Below, piece after piece: positions 25,419 to 38,949 of a DNA stretch of 64,000 nt. This stretch comes from Eledone cirrhosa (taxonomy: Eukaryota). A program made the translations under genes and the position numbers. How positions within the stretch are numbered: the stretch's first letter is position 1; every line of letters begins with the position of its first letter. Where the stretch lies: NCBI GenBank assembly GCA_964016885.1, contig OZ024752.1, positions 8,122,001 to 8,186,000 on the forward strand, written 5' to 3'. The notes beneath the pieces were generated by a model. That model was not told the DNA's origin. It was given only the letters and a program-made list of their open reading frames with translations, and searched no databases.

Positions 25419-26543
25419 CCCTTTAGCATTCGCATTAATTTTCAAACGTTATGCTTATCTGTTCGCATTTGGGTAATTGCTCGCCTTGTGCCAAAAGTAG
25501 AAACAATTATTTTCAGTTAATCATACTCAAGAGGGTTATCAATTTTATTTGTTTGTAATTTTCTTAATTTTCTATGTGCAGACTTGAAATTTTGTCAGCA
25601 GATGTTTAAATATCAATAATTTACAAATATATAATTTTACCTGATTTTTTTGGTCAAATTTGACTTTTATGGGCAGGTGAAATTAATTAATAGGGGCATT
25701 TGAAGTATCAACCAGGTGCAAATACTGGTTTAATTTTAAATATGTTGTTTTCGGCATAATACTTGATATATAAGAATCACTAAACCTTATATCAGTGTTC
25801 CAGTAATTCCACAGTCTTGGAAATTGTTTTATACCGAACATAATATTTACGGTAAAAAATGCTTGCATTTCTGCAGCATCTGTCGGTCGCCAAACAGATC
25901 GGGATTTCCTTGATTTGAAATCTGTTCTTGGGAATATCGATTAAACTCTTCTGCCACAACTTCAAGGAAAGTTTGTGGTAAAAACAAAAAGAAATAATCT
26001 AGTGCTTTAGCATCGGGAGCTAATGTGTGTTGTGGACCAATATTTTGAATAAAGTCGGGAACATATATTGGTGTGGTATTTTTCAACCACGTTGCTGTAA
26101 TATTTTCAATGGCGCCCTGGAGACCTCCTTCGTTTTCACTTTCAAAACAACAATCATCGCCGGACGAAATTTCAGAAATATAAACATCAGATTCATTTGA
26201 AGATAAATCACTAATATTATCGTTTGTTTGTTTGTTTATTTTGAATGTTGTCGTGTGTAAAACCTTCAAAGTCGGTATCGCTACTTTCATAAGCCATGTT
26301 GATGCAAAAAAACAATTTGTTGCACTTTCAAAGTTAAAAAAAACACTTGTTTTAAGTTGTTCCACTATATTGTGTTAATTTTCGCGGTAAGGGCCTAATG
26401 TCGCAGCAGTCTCGAATTGACGAGATTTTGATGATGGTTTGTTTATTTTTAGAACGATTTTTAGTGTGGGTGTTTTCGGGCGGTTTGAACAAATGAAGGG
26501 GAAATAATTTTGGGCGATTTCGGACAGTTTGAACACTAAAGGG
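25419..26543 (-). mobile_element. Internally deleted piggyBac DNA transposon
   Basis: TTAA-CCCTTTAGCATTC ... GAACACTAAAGGG-TTCA termini enclosing a transposase relic. Confidence 0.75.
25640..26250 (-). pseudogene. piggyBac (PGBD4-like) transposase N-terminal half, frameshifted and truncated
   Basis: Acidic S/D/E-rich N-terminus, then ALDYFFLFLPQTFLEVVAEEFNRYSQ / AAEMQAFFTVNIMFGIKQFPRLWNYW...ISSIMPKTTYLKLNQYLHLVD, typical of DDE_Tnp_1_7 transposases. Confidence 0.8.
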
Positions 26544-26612
26544 TTCAATTCATCAATATACTTAACTGTCCTGCATATGATTGAAAAACGTTTACATACA
26601 ATATAGGGTTAA

Positions 26613-26814
26613 CCCTTTAGCATTTACATTACTCTATATATACTATTGTATTTTTACAGGAAAGGCTTCATCTTACATAATATCGAATCTACGAGATTTT
26701 GATATTTATTTTGAGAATACCTTAATGTAGGTATGAGCAGCCAGTTACAGCTGGTTTGATTAGATAGAGGTTTGAGAGTTGTGGCCGGATATGGCTGGTT
26801 TAAATGCTAAAGGG
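26613..26814. mobile_element. piggyBac-type MITE, complete copy
   Basis: TTAA target duplication and both TIRs present. Confidence 0.85.
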
Positions 26815-27014
26815 TTAATTTTCATCCTACTATCTCTATGGCTGTAGTTCTCAGAGGCCTCCATCCTATACCTCTTCTTGCAATCCCAGGTTTCAATTCC
26901 ACCTCTATTTTGAATTGCCATCTAATAATTTTTCACCCAAGCACCATATTAAAATGAGCAAGCTTTTCAACCCCCACCAATGCTTCCCCAGCTAGACCAA
27001 GAACACTGAGCACC

Positions 27015-27490
27015 CCAGTGTTGTAATGAGGTAGTGCTGGTGCCACAATAAAATGCACCCAACCCACCCTGTATAGCAGTTGTGCCAGTATCATGATGAA
27101 AAGCAGCTAGTCCACCCTGTAAGGAGGTAGTGCTGGTGCCATGCCAAAAAACACCCATTCCACCCTGTAAAGTGTTAGTGCTGGAGTCATGATAAAGTGC
27201 TCCCAGTACACACTCTAAAGTGGTTGGATTTAGGAAAGACCTCCAGCTGTAGAAACCATATTTCCAGTACATGCTGTAAAGTGTTAGGAAGGGCATCCAA
27301 CTGTAGAAATTAAGATCCCAGCACAAGTGGCCGTGGTTAAGAAGGGCATCCAGCCATAGAAACAAAGACAAAACCAAGTGTACAAGCAGGACTTTGTCAC
27401 CTGGCTGGTATAGCCTCAACATACAACAGCCCATCTAACCTACATAAGCAGAGAAAATAGATGTTAAACAATGATGATGATGATGATGAT
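27015..27490 (+). mobile_element. RTE-tailed SINE 3' region with internal ~48-bp tandem expansion
   Basis: Repeated gtagtgctggtgcca..aaaagcaccca..accctgtaa units, three gaagggcatccag blocks, (GAT)n tail. Confidence 0.6.
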
Positions 27491-27986
27491 GTAGCCAATG
27501 TACACTATCCTTTCCCAATTTGGAATCTCTTCCTTGGAAGCCAAGTGCCTCTTGTTTAAGAATCATTGCTCTACATGAAAAAGGAAAGGAATATGAAAAC
27601 AAATGTGAGGGATCTCCCAATTCTGGCTGGGATCAATACTGAATACGTTGATCAATAGCAAGATTTGTTACCGATGTGTATGGAGGCTATGGATATAGTA
27701 GAAGGAATAATGAGGTAGCAAGGCTATTGAAGTTCTCTGACATGAATACCCTAATGACAAGAAACTAGCCAGCCACAGGATCACCTGTGGACCAGTCAAA
27801 TACAAGCCTGATAGATTTCACAGAGAAGCAGGAGAACCGACTTGCTTTCCCCAGTGAAGAATGAGAAGAATGAAGCAGTGAACTTAGACTAGTGATCAGC
27901 CAACTCAGTATAAATGTTAGATACAAGACACTCTGGAAAAGGAAGGTATGAAAAGTGAAAGATCCCTCAACAACAAAGAAGTTTAA

Positions 27987-28191
27987 CCCTTTAGCATTGA
28001 AACCAGCAATATCCGGCCAGAATTCTCTCACTTCTTTCTGTTTAAACCAGCCATAACTGGCTATTCATACTGATGTTAAGGTATTCTCAAAATAAATAAT
28101 ATCAAAATCTCATAGATTTGATATTATGTGAGATAAAGCCTTTTCTGCATAAATACAATAGTAAATATAGAGTTATGTAAATGGTAAAGGG
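27987..28191. mobile_element. piggyBac-type MITE, complete copy
   Basis: TTAA target duplication and both TIRs present. Confidence 0.85.
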
Positions 28192-28199
28192 TTAAAGAT

Positions 28200-29040
28200 G
28201 TATTAAGTGATATATATGGCACAGAGAAGATAGAAGAGAAAATATTGCAGGCCAAAGAAAAGGACTGTGGGTGGAGCAGGATTGAAGCTAGATTGAAGGT
28301 GACATGTGATGAAATGAACCAGTAGATAGTCATAAAAGCCAATTGACAGACCTGGAAGGACTGGAAGAAAAGCAGGTGCAAGGATCATCGTCATGGCGAT
28401 AGACTGAAAGTACAAAGATTGTCAATGTTTTGCAATGAGGGATATGAGGTGCTCCATATTGCAAAGTAGTATCAGTGTGATTAAGGATATGAAGTAACTG
28501 GATTAGAGAAAGATACTGAGCTACCGAGAATATCGAGCAAAACAGATCATACACAAGCCTCTCTCATAGTTAATTGAGTAGTACAGGAGACATCATAACC
28601 AAACTCCCTTTCTCTCCTGTACACAATTATAAGAGCAACAACAACAAGAAATTCTTTCAAATTCACAGAAGCCTCATTAGTAGTAGTTGATAACATTTGT
28701 TACTAAGAGGAACCAATGAGCAGTGGAGGAGTGTGTTCTGTATGGTGTTTGTGTAGAAAGTTGTTACATGATAGTAAAACATGGAAAGAAATGAGAGAAG
28801 CATGCTCTGATGAATGTGTAATGTTAGTGTGCATGAATAACAGAGCATAAATTACCTGAGAGGAAAACTGGATAGAAGAGAAAAGAAGTGAACAAGAGAG
28901 AAGACCTCATTGGTACAGGTATTTGATACACATGAGGGATGGCAGTTGAATAAAGTAAAGAAGTGCCAATACCAAGAAAGACATGACAAGTGACAAAGAC
29001 TGATCTCAGGAGGTAAAGTAAAACCTAACAAAGATGGAAG
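28200..29040 (+). mobile_element. Decayed RTE LINE fragments
   Basis: Remnants resembling IKA.RQTWKDWKK and C-terminal ML.MCNVSVHE..ERR.HWY motifs, with stops and frameshifts. Confidence 0.5.
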
Positions 29041-31373
29041 AATATGTTAAATAGTGAGATGCTGTAGTGGAGAAGACCTAACCGATGTAAAGATAATGAT
29101 GAGAGGTCATCAATGAAGTCACCATTATGAATAAAACCATGGAGATACACAAATACATATATATGACCAGCTTATATCTAAGATGTACAAACTTCTGCTG
29201 TTGCCATAGTTATTTTGTGGGGAGTCTTATACATAAATATAATATAAAACTTGGTTGATGATAAAGATATTAGTAATAAGTTATTATGTAGAAAAGAAAT
29301 CACTATTGAAAACTTCTGTATTTAGATACAGTACATAGAAAAACCAGCCAATCACTAAAAATTCAATAACCACTTTTAAGGCCATTATCCTTTCAAAAGT
29401 GCAGTTAAGTCTTGTGTGCTCCAACATATGGGGTCCTTTTTGAGGCAATGTCTTACAACTGGATACCCTTCCTGTCACTTCTTATGACACAGATAAAACA
29501 AATGACAAGAAAATCTACCAATCAAAATCAGTTCAAATGATATAAAAATTATTTATATTTTATTCCATATTTTATTTATTTAAATAAAAGTCGTGGGCTC
29601 TCTCCTTTCTTCCCTGGCTAAACAGGAAACAGATGTCTCAATGAAGGAGTAGTCAAGGTGTACATGTCTTAGAGGTAACTTGAACTTGCTGGTCATCGTA
29701 GACATATTATTGCCTAGTTAAACACTACCACCTGGCCTCTTCAGTCCATTCTGTTGCAAGTATTGAGGTCTCCTCGCTGATCCAAGTATAAATTCCTCCC
29801 TCCTTTCCACCAATCTCTGAGGCCCTGAAAACAATCATAACTAATGCCTTTCCTCCTCAAAGTAAATCATAAAAAATACCAAACTGGGGTTGAAGGGTTA
29901 GAACCATAGCACCTTTAAAAAAGAGGGCAATAGTTTAGCAGTATCAACAGAGCATTGAACAGAATACTTTGTGGCAATTGTTCCAGGTTTTTATATTCCG
30001 AGTTCAAATCTCACTCCTGTTAACTTTACCATTTTTCCTTCTGAGGTCAATAAAGTAAAGTATTAGCCAAGTACCAACCCACCTAAAACCACCCCTGCAA
30101 AAAAAAAATGTTAAACCCATTTTAATTAAAATCTTCCAACATAATTTTAGTAAATCCTTCCAAGTTTTCATATATCAATCAAAATACAGTGTATTTCATT
30201 AGAAATAGGGTCATAAAGGGGTCAATCAACCAATCCCTTGCCACATGTTCCAAGTCATGTCCCTTGCCTCAAGGTGAGAAACTATTATAACACCTATAAA
30301 CATTAGCAAATACCTGGATTTTGAAAAATTTCCAGATTTCCATTGAAAATGTTTTTTGTCGTGAAATCAATATATTTCTGATCAATAACAATTTGTATAT
30401 ATGACACGGAAGTGGTAAATAACAATGTATCAGCTATCATAACTTCCTGATGAACTACATGAATATATTCTACATGTTCACATAACAGAAGTTGACTGAA
30501 CTCAAACCTATTTCATACAGGTGTTATCAATTACATCATGTAAATTTCTCTATCTAGTCTCTCATATTTACTAACTGTACAATTTTGATAGAACATACCA
30601 TAGGGAGTTGGATTGATAGTATCTGTAGATTGCTGGACATCTTACTTTGTGACCCTTCATGTTCTGAGTTCAAATCCTGCCAAGGTTAGCTTTGCCTTTC
30701 ATCTTACGGGGTCAATAAAATAAAGCACCAGTAAATGTACTAGGGTCAATTTAATCAACATTTTCCTTCATTTCAAATTACTGGCCTGGTGCCAAATGTA
30801 GAAACAATTATATAGTCATCTAGGATGGAAATAACTTGGAATAGGAAATGGTTTAGACTGCAACTACCTGTTCCAATGCCAGCAAGGCTAGTGGACATAA
30901 TGTGATTTGATGATATATATGTGTATGAATTTTGAATGTATATTGGCTTAAAGTAAGCGGTTTTGATGCAGGGTTTGTTTTTTTACTATGAATAAGGCAT
31001 GTATAAGCCCATAGAAATGGAAAAAGTGGACAGCATTGCCTGTGGGACTCAAACTCACCAAAGCAAGGCTGACCACTTTCCTGACATTTTTAAATCTTTA
31101 ACAATTGGCCAGAGGATGTGAACAATTGTGTTGAGCAAATTATAAATTCTGAATGTATGCTAACTTAAAATAACCCGTTTCAATGTAAGATTTTTGACTA
31201 CGTAAAATAACCTAACAAGTTGGACATATAAAGCCCCTAGAGACAGAAAAAAGTGGCTGATTGTGAAAGGATGGTGATGATGCAATAGACTAGTAATGCA
31301 TATATTTCAAGCATGTCATAATATTGCTCTCAACATTTACATCATCTGACTGCTACTACTGCGACTGACTAAC

Positions 31374-31443
31374 CTGTTAAATCTTGAATGTCATCTGTTA
31401 TAAGCTCTTCAGAAAGTATATTCAACACACCACCAACAGCCAT
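31374..31443 (-). CDS. Candidate first coding exon of an unidentified minus-strand gene (MAVGGVLNILSEELITDDIQDLT, phase 1)
   Basis: Unique non-repetitive sequence; ATG-open frame ending at an AG|GTTAGT donor; possible acceptor ttacag at 31497. Confidence 0.35.
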
Positions 31444-32612
31444 TCATGCCAGCATCAAAACAACATTGGGCTTTGTTTTATTACACCACAAAAAAGCTGT
31501 AATTTTCTAAATTACATCTTTAAATAGATTGGTTTCCAAGTATCAATATATAATATAATGTTGTAGTTTTTTATGTTTTGTTTTTATTATCTTTCAAAAA
31601 TACAATAATGTAACAAACAGCTTTAAAACTAAAACAAAACTTTTCTTTATTGGTTTTGTTTAATCTATAAAACAGCAGTCATTTTCCTGGGGTTAGCCAT
31701 GCAGGCCCATGACAAGCTTCTCTATTTTGCTCCATTGTAAACCCTTTCACTAACCTCTTAGGTTTCATTTCCTCATCCATCATCTTAAGCCATACCATTT
31801 TTGGTCTTCTCTTTCCTCTACTTCCTCATTCCTTTCCACCATTCATCTCACCCAGTCACTTTCACCCTTCCTCAACACATGACCCAACCATCTCATTCCA
31901 TTTCTCTTCACTACATTCATTACTGGCTCCATTACTTTCATCCTTCCTCAACACATGACCCAACCATCTCGTTCCATTTCTCTTAACATTCCCCACTGAC
32001 TATTCACATTATCCTCTACAATTCAATATTTGCCTTCCTTTCTCTGAGAGATACTCCACTCATCCACAAAACTCCTCTCATTCCTAGCCCCCTCTGTTCA
32101 TTTTCACCACCTATGTCTCATGGCACTTCTCATACATGCAGTGTACATTTTTCATTTAGGACTGACTGTTTTAACTCATGATAATGTACAAAAATATTAG
32201 TGTCTTTTGACAAGGTAATATGGCTGTTTGTATAACCTGACTAAAGTTGACAATTATATTTACTTTTTAGTCAATGAAGAAAAGGATGCATCCATGACTC
32301 ATTCATGACCCAAACTGGTAGGAAGAAGAGAGGAATGAAGGAAGATATTCCCTAAATCAGAAATCTGGCCTGAATGCTTGCCACAGAAAGGAATCTGCTA
32401 AAATCCCCCGAGGGCCATGTGGTGGTGTTAAACTATGGAACAGAGGATTCCCATGGCCGTGAAGGGGTCTTAACCATAGTACCATACATATGTACCTAAT
32501 AATAATCAAATAAATGTTTCAATTATATATACAGAAATATTTCCATAAATGAAAAGCTTGTTTTGTAAACCCTATAAAATAAACATGTCTGTTAAGCTAA
32601 TAAAAATGTTTA

Positions 32613-33363
32613 CCGTATATACTCGTATAAGCCAAGAAATTCATTTCATTTTATTTTACGTCCGCTTTTTCCCTGCTTGCAAGGGTAGGACGGGAACTGA
32701 TTCTGGCTTGATTTCTACAGCTGGATGCCCTTCCTAACACCAACCTCATTTACAGTGAGTGCTGGGTGCTTTTTTGCTGTGGCACCTCCACGACCACTTT
32801 GCAGTGGAATGATAGGGACCCCAGTCCCTATCATCTCATTTCTACAGCTGAGTAAACTGGAGCAATGTGAAATAAAGTGTCTTGCTCAAGGAAACAACAC
32901 ATCACCTGGTCTGAGAATTGAACTCACAACCTTTCGATTGCAAGGCCAATGCTCTAACCACTAAGCCATATGTGACAAAAAAAAAATCGATAATAAAGTG
33001 TGTGTGTGGGGGGGGGGGGGGGGGTATATTCAAGGCCAATATTTTACCAACTTAAAATTCTACATAGTTTCACTTTGGAGGTGAAATTCATTTTGAATTA
33101 ACATAGCCTTCAAAACTGTCAGCAATTGGTTAAAAAAAAAAAAAATCCATTACTTAAGGGAGTTGTAAAACAAAAACTATACTCTAAAGACAAATCATTT
33201 TAAATATCAAAATATTAAAACTTCATAAATATACTCTCCACTCATGAGAATTTCAAAATTACACCATCTAAACATGTTGATTAGCTGCTTCGGTTTATAC
33301 ATGGGTTAGGGTTTTATCCATTTCTCAGGCATAAAATAGGGACCAGCTTATATTGAGTAAATG
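32613..33363. mobile_element. Decayed pogo/Tigger-like MITE interrupted by a SINE
   Basis: ta-ccgtatatactcgtataagcc at the left end, degenerate cagcttatattgagtaaatg at the right end. Confidence 0.4.
32645..32972 (-). mobile_element. tRNA-derived SINE with RTE-type tail
   Basis: Near-identical reverse complement of 2546-2873. Confidence 0.85.
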
Positions 33364-34739
33364 ATACTTTGAAATAACTATTCAAATTTCTCCCAACTAT
33401 AGAGAAAACCTCTGTGTAGGACCTTGGACAAGTACCCTCTGTTATAGCCATGGATCAACCAATGCCTTATGAGTGAATTTGGTAGCATTTTACAACCAAT
33501 ATACTTTTCCTGATCTTCATAAAATTGGTAAGTTGTGGAATATAGTCCACTACCCTGGACTGAAACAAATGATGAAATGGTGAAATTCAGTTTGAAAGTT
33601 GAAAACTGATGGGGAGAGCATGGCCTCATTGTTTGGGTGCTAAACTCATGATCATAAAGTCATGAGTTCAATTCCTTTTTTTTCTTTCTATGTACTAATG
33701 AACAGTTGTTGTCAAAAATAACAACTTTATTAATTAAGGGAATGTCATATCTGTTTAAAACAGCAGGTAAAACCATTAAAATTCCTGGCCTAGAGACACT
33801 TTGCATCCAACTAAACTGTTATATTAGTGACATTACAGTGTATTAACACTTCCACACATACATTTACTTATAGAGAAGACCTTAAAAGTTTAGTACAAAA
33901 TTATTTGATGAAATGAAATTGACATTATATCAATGTTAAGATACAATACAAAAAGATAGATAGAGGGAGAATAAAGGGGAGTAGGAATATATCGGAAAGT
34001 TAGTGAACTCAGTGTATTTAGTTAGCTCATTCTATGTTTCAAGTAGATCTTAAGATATAATAATTTTATTTCATCAAAAGATTTTGTATTAAACTTTCAA
34101 GGGTCAATGGCATAAGTTAGACAAGACTTTTGAAACACAATTCTATGGCCGTATGTCCTTCCTCACTTGTCTCTTTGTAATCAAAGTACAGATCTTTGTA
34201 CATCTAACGATGACCTGCTGGACATTGTTCCTTGCAAACCTGAAGGGTTTTAACTATTCTACACTATCTCCTTCACTGAAGACATCCCCAAAAGGGTGAA
34301 TAGAAGAGATAGTGATGACAGTAGGTGAAACAGAAGGAGATGGTGGAAGAAGGAGAGTGATAGGGGCAAGAGGGTTATAGAGAAATGAGAGAGTGATGAT
34401 ATACATGTTTGCTGATAATGGGAGTGAATAGCCAAGATTCTCTCACCACTTTCTGTTCAAACTGGCCACTTACGCTGAGTTTAGGTATTGTTCTCAAAAT
34501 AAATAATATCAAAATCTCATAGATTTGATATTATGTAAGATAAAGTCTTTACCCTAAAAATACAATAGTAAACAAAGTAATGCAAACACTAAAAGGGTTA
34601 AGGGGAGAAGTAATTTGAAAGGGAAAGTGAAGAGTAGGGGGTACTGAAATACCGTTAGACTGTGTGGTACAGTAAATAGGAAAGAGTGAATAATAGATGA
34701 GAAGATAACAGTCTTGGGGGGGTGGGGGGTGTCTACCTC

Positions 34740-37700
34740 TTCTACATATTTCATCCACTTCAAATACTAGCCACTTCTCTATGTAATTGACAACCTCCAT
34801 ATCAATGTAGTCCTCTTTGTTACCTACAACATCTACTCCTTTTATAACCAGTTTTTCACTCAGTTCATTTGTTCTCCATCGTTCATGCACACATTACACA
34901 TCCAGTGGACCATTCTCACTTTGTTTCTCTCCTCTCAACTCTTCATTCAAAGCCCATTTCTCACTACCATGCAACATTGCACCTCAAACAACATATCCTT
35001 CACCGAGAGAAACAAATCCTTCATTACCAGCCAATTTAATAATTTCCTGAACTATTTCTGCCTCATTCTTAAACTGTTAACTATATTTTTGGAACACTTA
35101 CATCTACTGTTAAGTCACCTAACTAACAAAACCTTTCCACTACTTCTCAAGAGCCTTCCGACCATTTGAAATAACTATGTCCTCCTAACTGCTAGTGTAC
35201 ATCTGTCACATACAATGCCTCCTCTGTCAAACTGTCTACAATTCCTTGTAGTAGATCCATATTTTACACTGGGAACACTGTATGTAATTCTTACCTACTG
35301 CTTTTCTGTATGTCCAGCATAGCCATTTCCATGATGCTATGAGAGTCCTGTCTTCATTTCTACTTACCAAAACTTTAGTCTTTGCTACATTTACTTTGAG
35401 GCCTCTTCATTCTAGCTCCTGAATTTCTTCTATAAGAACTAGTTTGTCAGCATACAAAACTTCCCATGGACAGCCAGTCTTTAACTCCTCAGTTATGGTC
35501 AGAATGACTACAATAAACAGAAGGGGCCTGAGAACTGAACCCAGATAGACTCTTAAATGCATACTTGCTCAACTCATGGCTAACGCTAAACTTGACTGCA
35601 CCCCTGAACATGGTTAGTACAGATTTTACAAGCCGTTATCTAGCCCTAGATTTCTTAGCAACCTCCAGACTATAAAACATAGAACCATGTCAAAACCCTT
35701 CCCCGGGTCAATGAATGTGAAGTACGTGTGCAGTTGTTTCCCTAGGAAGAGAACATCAGTGATATCTCCTCCTTTAGCATTTACACATTACACTATATAT
35801 ACCATTGTATTTTCATGGTAAACACTTCATCTCACATATCAAATCTATGAGATTTTTATATTATTCATTTTGAGAATACCTTAACATAAGTATGAGTAGC
35901 CAGTTACAGCTGGTTTGAACAGAAAGAGGTGAGAGAATTCTGGCCAGATATGGTTGGTTTAAATGCTAAAGAGTTAAGATATAACTCTTTCCATAATTTT
36001 CATAACCTGGCCCCATTTTATACCTTTATAGTTAGTTCTTGAGGCTAGCGTGGAAAATAGACAAACGATGGAGGCACATGGCTTAGTGGTTAGAGCATTG
36101 GCCTTGCAATCGAAAGGTTGTGAGTTCAATTCTCAGACCAGGTGATGTGTTGTTTACTTGAGCAAGACACTTTATTTCACATTGCTCCAGTTTACTCAGC
36201 TGTAGAAATGAGATGATAAGGACTGGGGTCCCTATCATTCCACTGTAGAGTGGTCGTGGAGGTGCCATGGCAAAAAAGCACCCACCACTCACTGTAAATG
36301 AGGTTGGTGTTAGGAAGGGCATCCAGCTGTAGAAATCAAGCCAGCATCAGTTTCCGTCCCACCCTTGCAAGCAGGGAAAAAGCGGACGTAAAATGAAATG
36401 ATGATGATGATGGCGATGATGATGTTTCAGTGTGACACTTTTCTGTTCTACCTGACTAGAATGTGATATTATCAACATCATAGCACTGATCAGAGGATTC
36501 AGCCACCTGCCCAGCCTTCATATCCTTAATTACACTTGCGGCCACACTTGATTATAATGGCTGATCCCTCTTCTAAGTCTACCTGGAGTAGGCCTTCTCA
36601 CTCCAGTACATTCTCCTCATTCAATAACTTCTCATAACAGCACTTCCATACCTATTTCCTTTTCATCATGAGTATAAGTAGGGGCGCGCGTTATTTCATA
36701 CACATGTCTCCCCATGATATCTCAAGTCTCTATAATAAACTGCCATGCAATCTAAAATATTTCACCTTACTTTCGACTTCTTCCCTACCTTAGTATACCT
36801 GAGGTCTAGTTTCCCTTTTGACTACTTGATATTGCTCTTTCTCAGTCAGTTTCTTAGCTTTTATGACTATCTACAGCAATATTCCACCACTATATCACCT
36901 TCTGTCTAGCTGGAACCTTGGTTTGTTCTCATCAGTAGAACCTCCCAATTGTCTTCTATGTCTCCAGTTCCTTCTCTCCCGATAAATCTCTCAAGATACA
37001 ACTTGATGGCTAAATCTTCCTTTTCTTTAAATCTATGTAACTCTTACTTTAAACTTAATAATTGCTAGTCAATGCTAGGTGGTTCATCAACCAAATATAT
37101 ACCACATCTCCTGGCTTGTCTATTTGACGCGTTAGTAATCAGACTGTTTTCTCAAGTGTGACAAATTATTAACAATATAGCATTTACATTACTTTATATT
37201 TACTATTGTATTTTTGTGGTAAAGGCTTTATCTTACATAATATCAGAGCTACAAGATTTTGATGTTATTTATTTTGAGAACAATACCTTAACATTGGTAT
37301 GAGTGGTGGCCAATTACAGGTTTGAACAGAAAGAGGTGAGAGAATTCTGGCCAGATATGACTGGTTTCAATCATTTTTGTGTCACAGAACTCTAGGAGCC
37401 TTGATTTCCCCTCATTTCTTGAACAAGTCATAACCTCCAGGTAAACTATAGAAGCCTTCACAATGTACTGTTACATGATAATGAGGTCAGTGTCATTTAT
37501 CAAGATAGTGTGTAGGAGAGCTTCATAGAAGTAGTCGTATTCACCTGCCAGACCTGATTGTGGCACACATGCTAGATAAAAATTGCCATCATGTTGTCTA
37601 AGACTAGATTAATCTTAACGATTTTCTCACACAAACTGACTACCTCAATTACTTTATCTACCCATTTCTCTGCCAACTTCCACCCCACTCTGCTACTATT

Positions 37701-37740
37701 ACCCAAACAAGAAAAGTTTGTACATGTGTTTGCTGGTAGG
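34740..37740 (-). mobile_element. Decayed, near full-length RTE-clade LINE with nested MITEs (35770-35973, 37176-37368) and a SINE
   Basis: Minus-strand RT motifs GSVLRPLLFIVVILTITEELKTGCPWEVLYADKLVL (~35430-35550), YEKLLNEEN (~36620) and APE-like KWVDKVIEVVSLCEKIVKINLVL (~37600-37670). Confidence 0.75.
36070..36423 (+). mobile_element. tRNA-derived SINE with RTE-type tail
   Basis: Near-identical to 2546-2873. Confidence 0.85.
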
Positions 37741-38252
37741 GACATGTGATTCATATAGATAATTGTTGGGTAAAGCACTATGAGATCATGGAAGGTAGCT
37801 ACAGTAGAGGAAGATTTGGACAAAAGGTGGTAAGGGCTGATCACAATATGGTGAACCCCAGAGTGGGGATGATGAAAGAACACAACAAATGGAAGGAGGC
37901 TACATTGGAAAAACCCAGTCCAACTGATACATGTAGGGAATAAAACTGTAGGGTAAAACAGTGAAGTTTCTTATGAAGAGTCTGGTTCAGGTTCCCCTCT
38001 ATCTTAACTCTTGTACACACCTACAAACCTCTGCTCTACAATATCTCCAGACCCAACCTTCCAACGTTGGTTGTGACACCTCTAAAATCTCTACAATTCC
38101 TCCAGACCCAACCTTCCAACGTTTGTTGTGACACCTCTAATATGTTGTACTGCACAGGAAGAGGTTCATATAAATGGGTGATTTCATACTCTATAACACT
38201 ATTACATGTTCCAGCTGACAGGCTGAGGCCATGCTGGGGCACTGCCATTTAG

Positions 38253-38345
38253 AAAAATGTGGAACGCTTCACAAATTTGTGTATCATCCTTGCATAGGAG
38301 CCTTGCTAATCTGTATCACTCCAATTTTAGAATATGTACTGCGAT
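38253..38345 (-). pseudogene. U6: U6 snRNA pseudogene
   Basis: Reverse complement aligns to U6 (..ctaaaattgga..gatacag[del]attagcaaggctcctatgcaaggatgatacacaaatttgtgaagcgttccacattttt); ACAGAGA box disrupted; CpG decay. Confidence 0.9.
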
Positions 38346-38508
38346 CAGATGTAATATATTTCTCTTGTACGTAATCTTTGACTCTCAGCTTCACTACAGG
38401 GAAGACATCTTCCTACCCTACCTCATTAGCATCAAATTACTGCTACTCTCAAATGTTATCTCACAGATCTTCATTGTCAGACTAACATGAAAAGATAAAT
38501 GAACTATA

Positions 38509-38700
38509 ACTCTTTACCATTTATATCACTCTTTATTTACTATAGTATGCCCATGGTAAAGGCTTTATATCACATAATATAAAATCTATGAGATTTGGAT
38601 ATGATTTATTTTGATAACAATACCTTAACATCAGTATGAGCAGCATGAACAGAAAGTGAGAGAATCCTGGCAAGATATGGCCGGTTTAAATGCTAAAGGC
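38509..38700. mobile_element. piggyBac-type MITE (diverged)
   Basis: Matches the family along its length. Confidence 0.7.
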
Positions 38701-38949
38701 TTACACTGACACTAATTCAACTAGTCTCTTATGAAGTTGTATCTCATAGATGGTTTCCTGGATATTTTTATAAGGGCACCAGTCCTATCAAGAAAAGCAA
38801 TGTGAAATGAAGTGGCTTGCTCAAAAACTCAACACACCATTTGGCACAACACCCTATGAACGTGAAGCAAATACCCTAACAACTATGCCAGGTGCCTCCA
38901 CTAATATACTTTTAACTAATATCTATGAAAAACACGTTTCCATTATTGT

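Noticed and set aside
29730-29825. Minus-strand exon candidate after ttttcag
   Set aside because: Weak donor, several frames are open and no protein similarity is recognisable.
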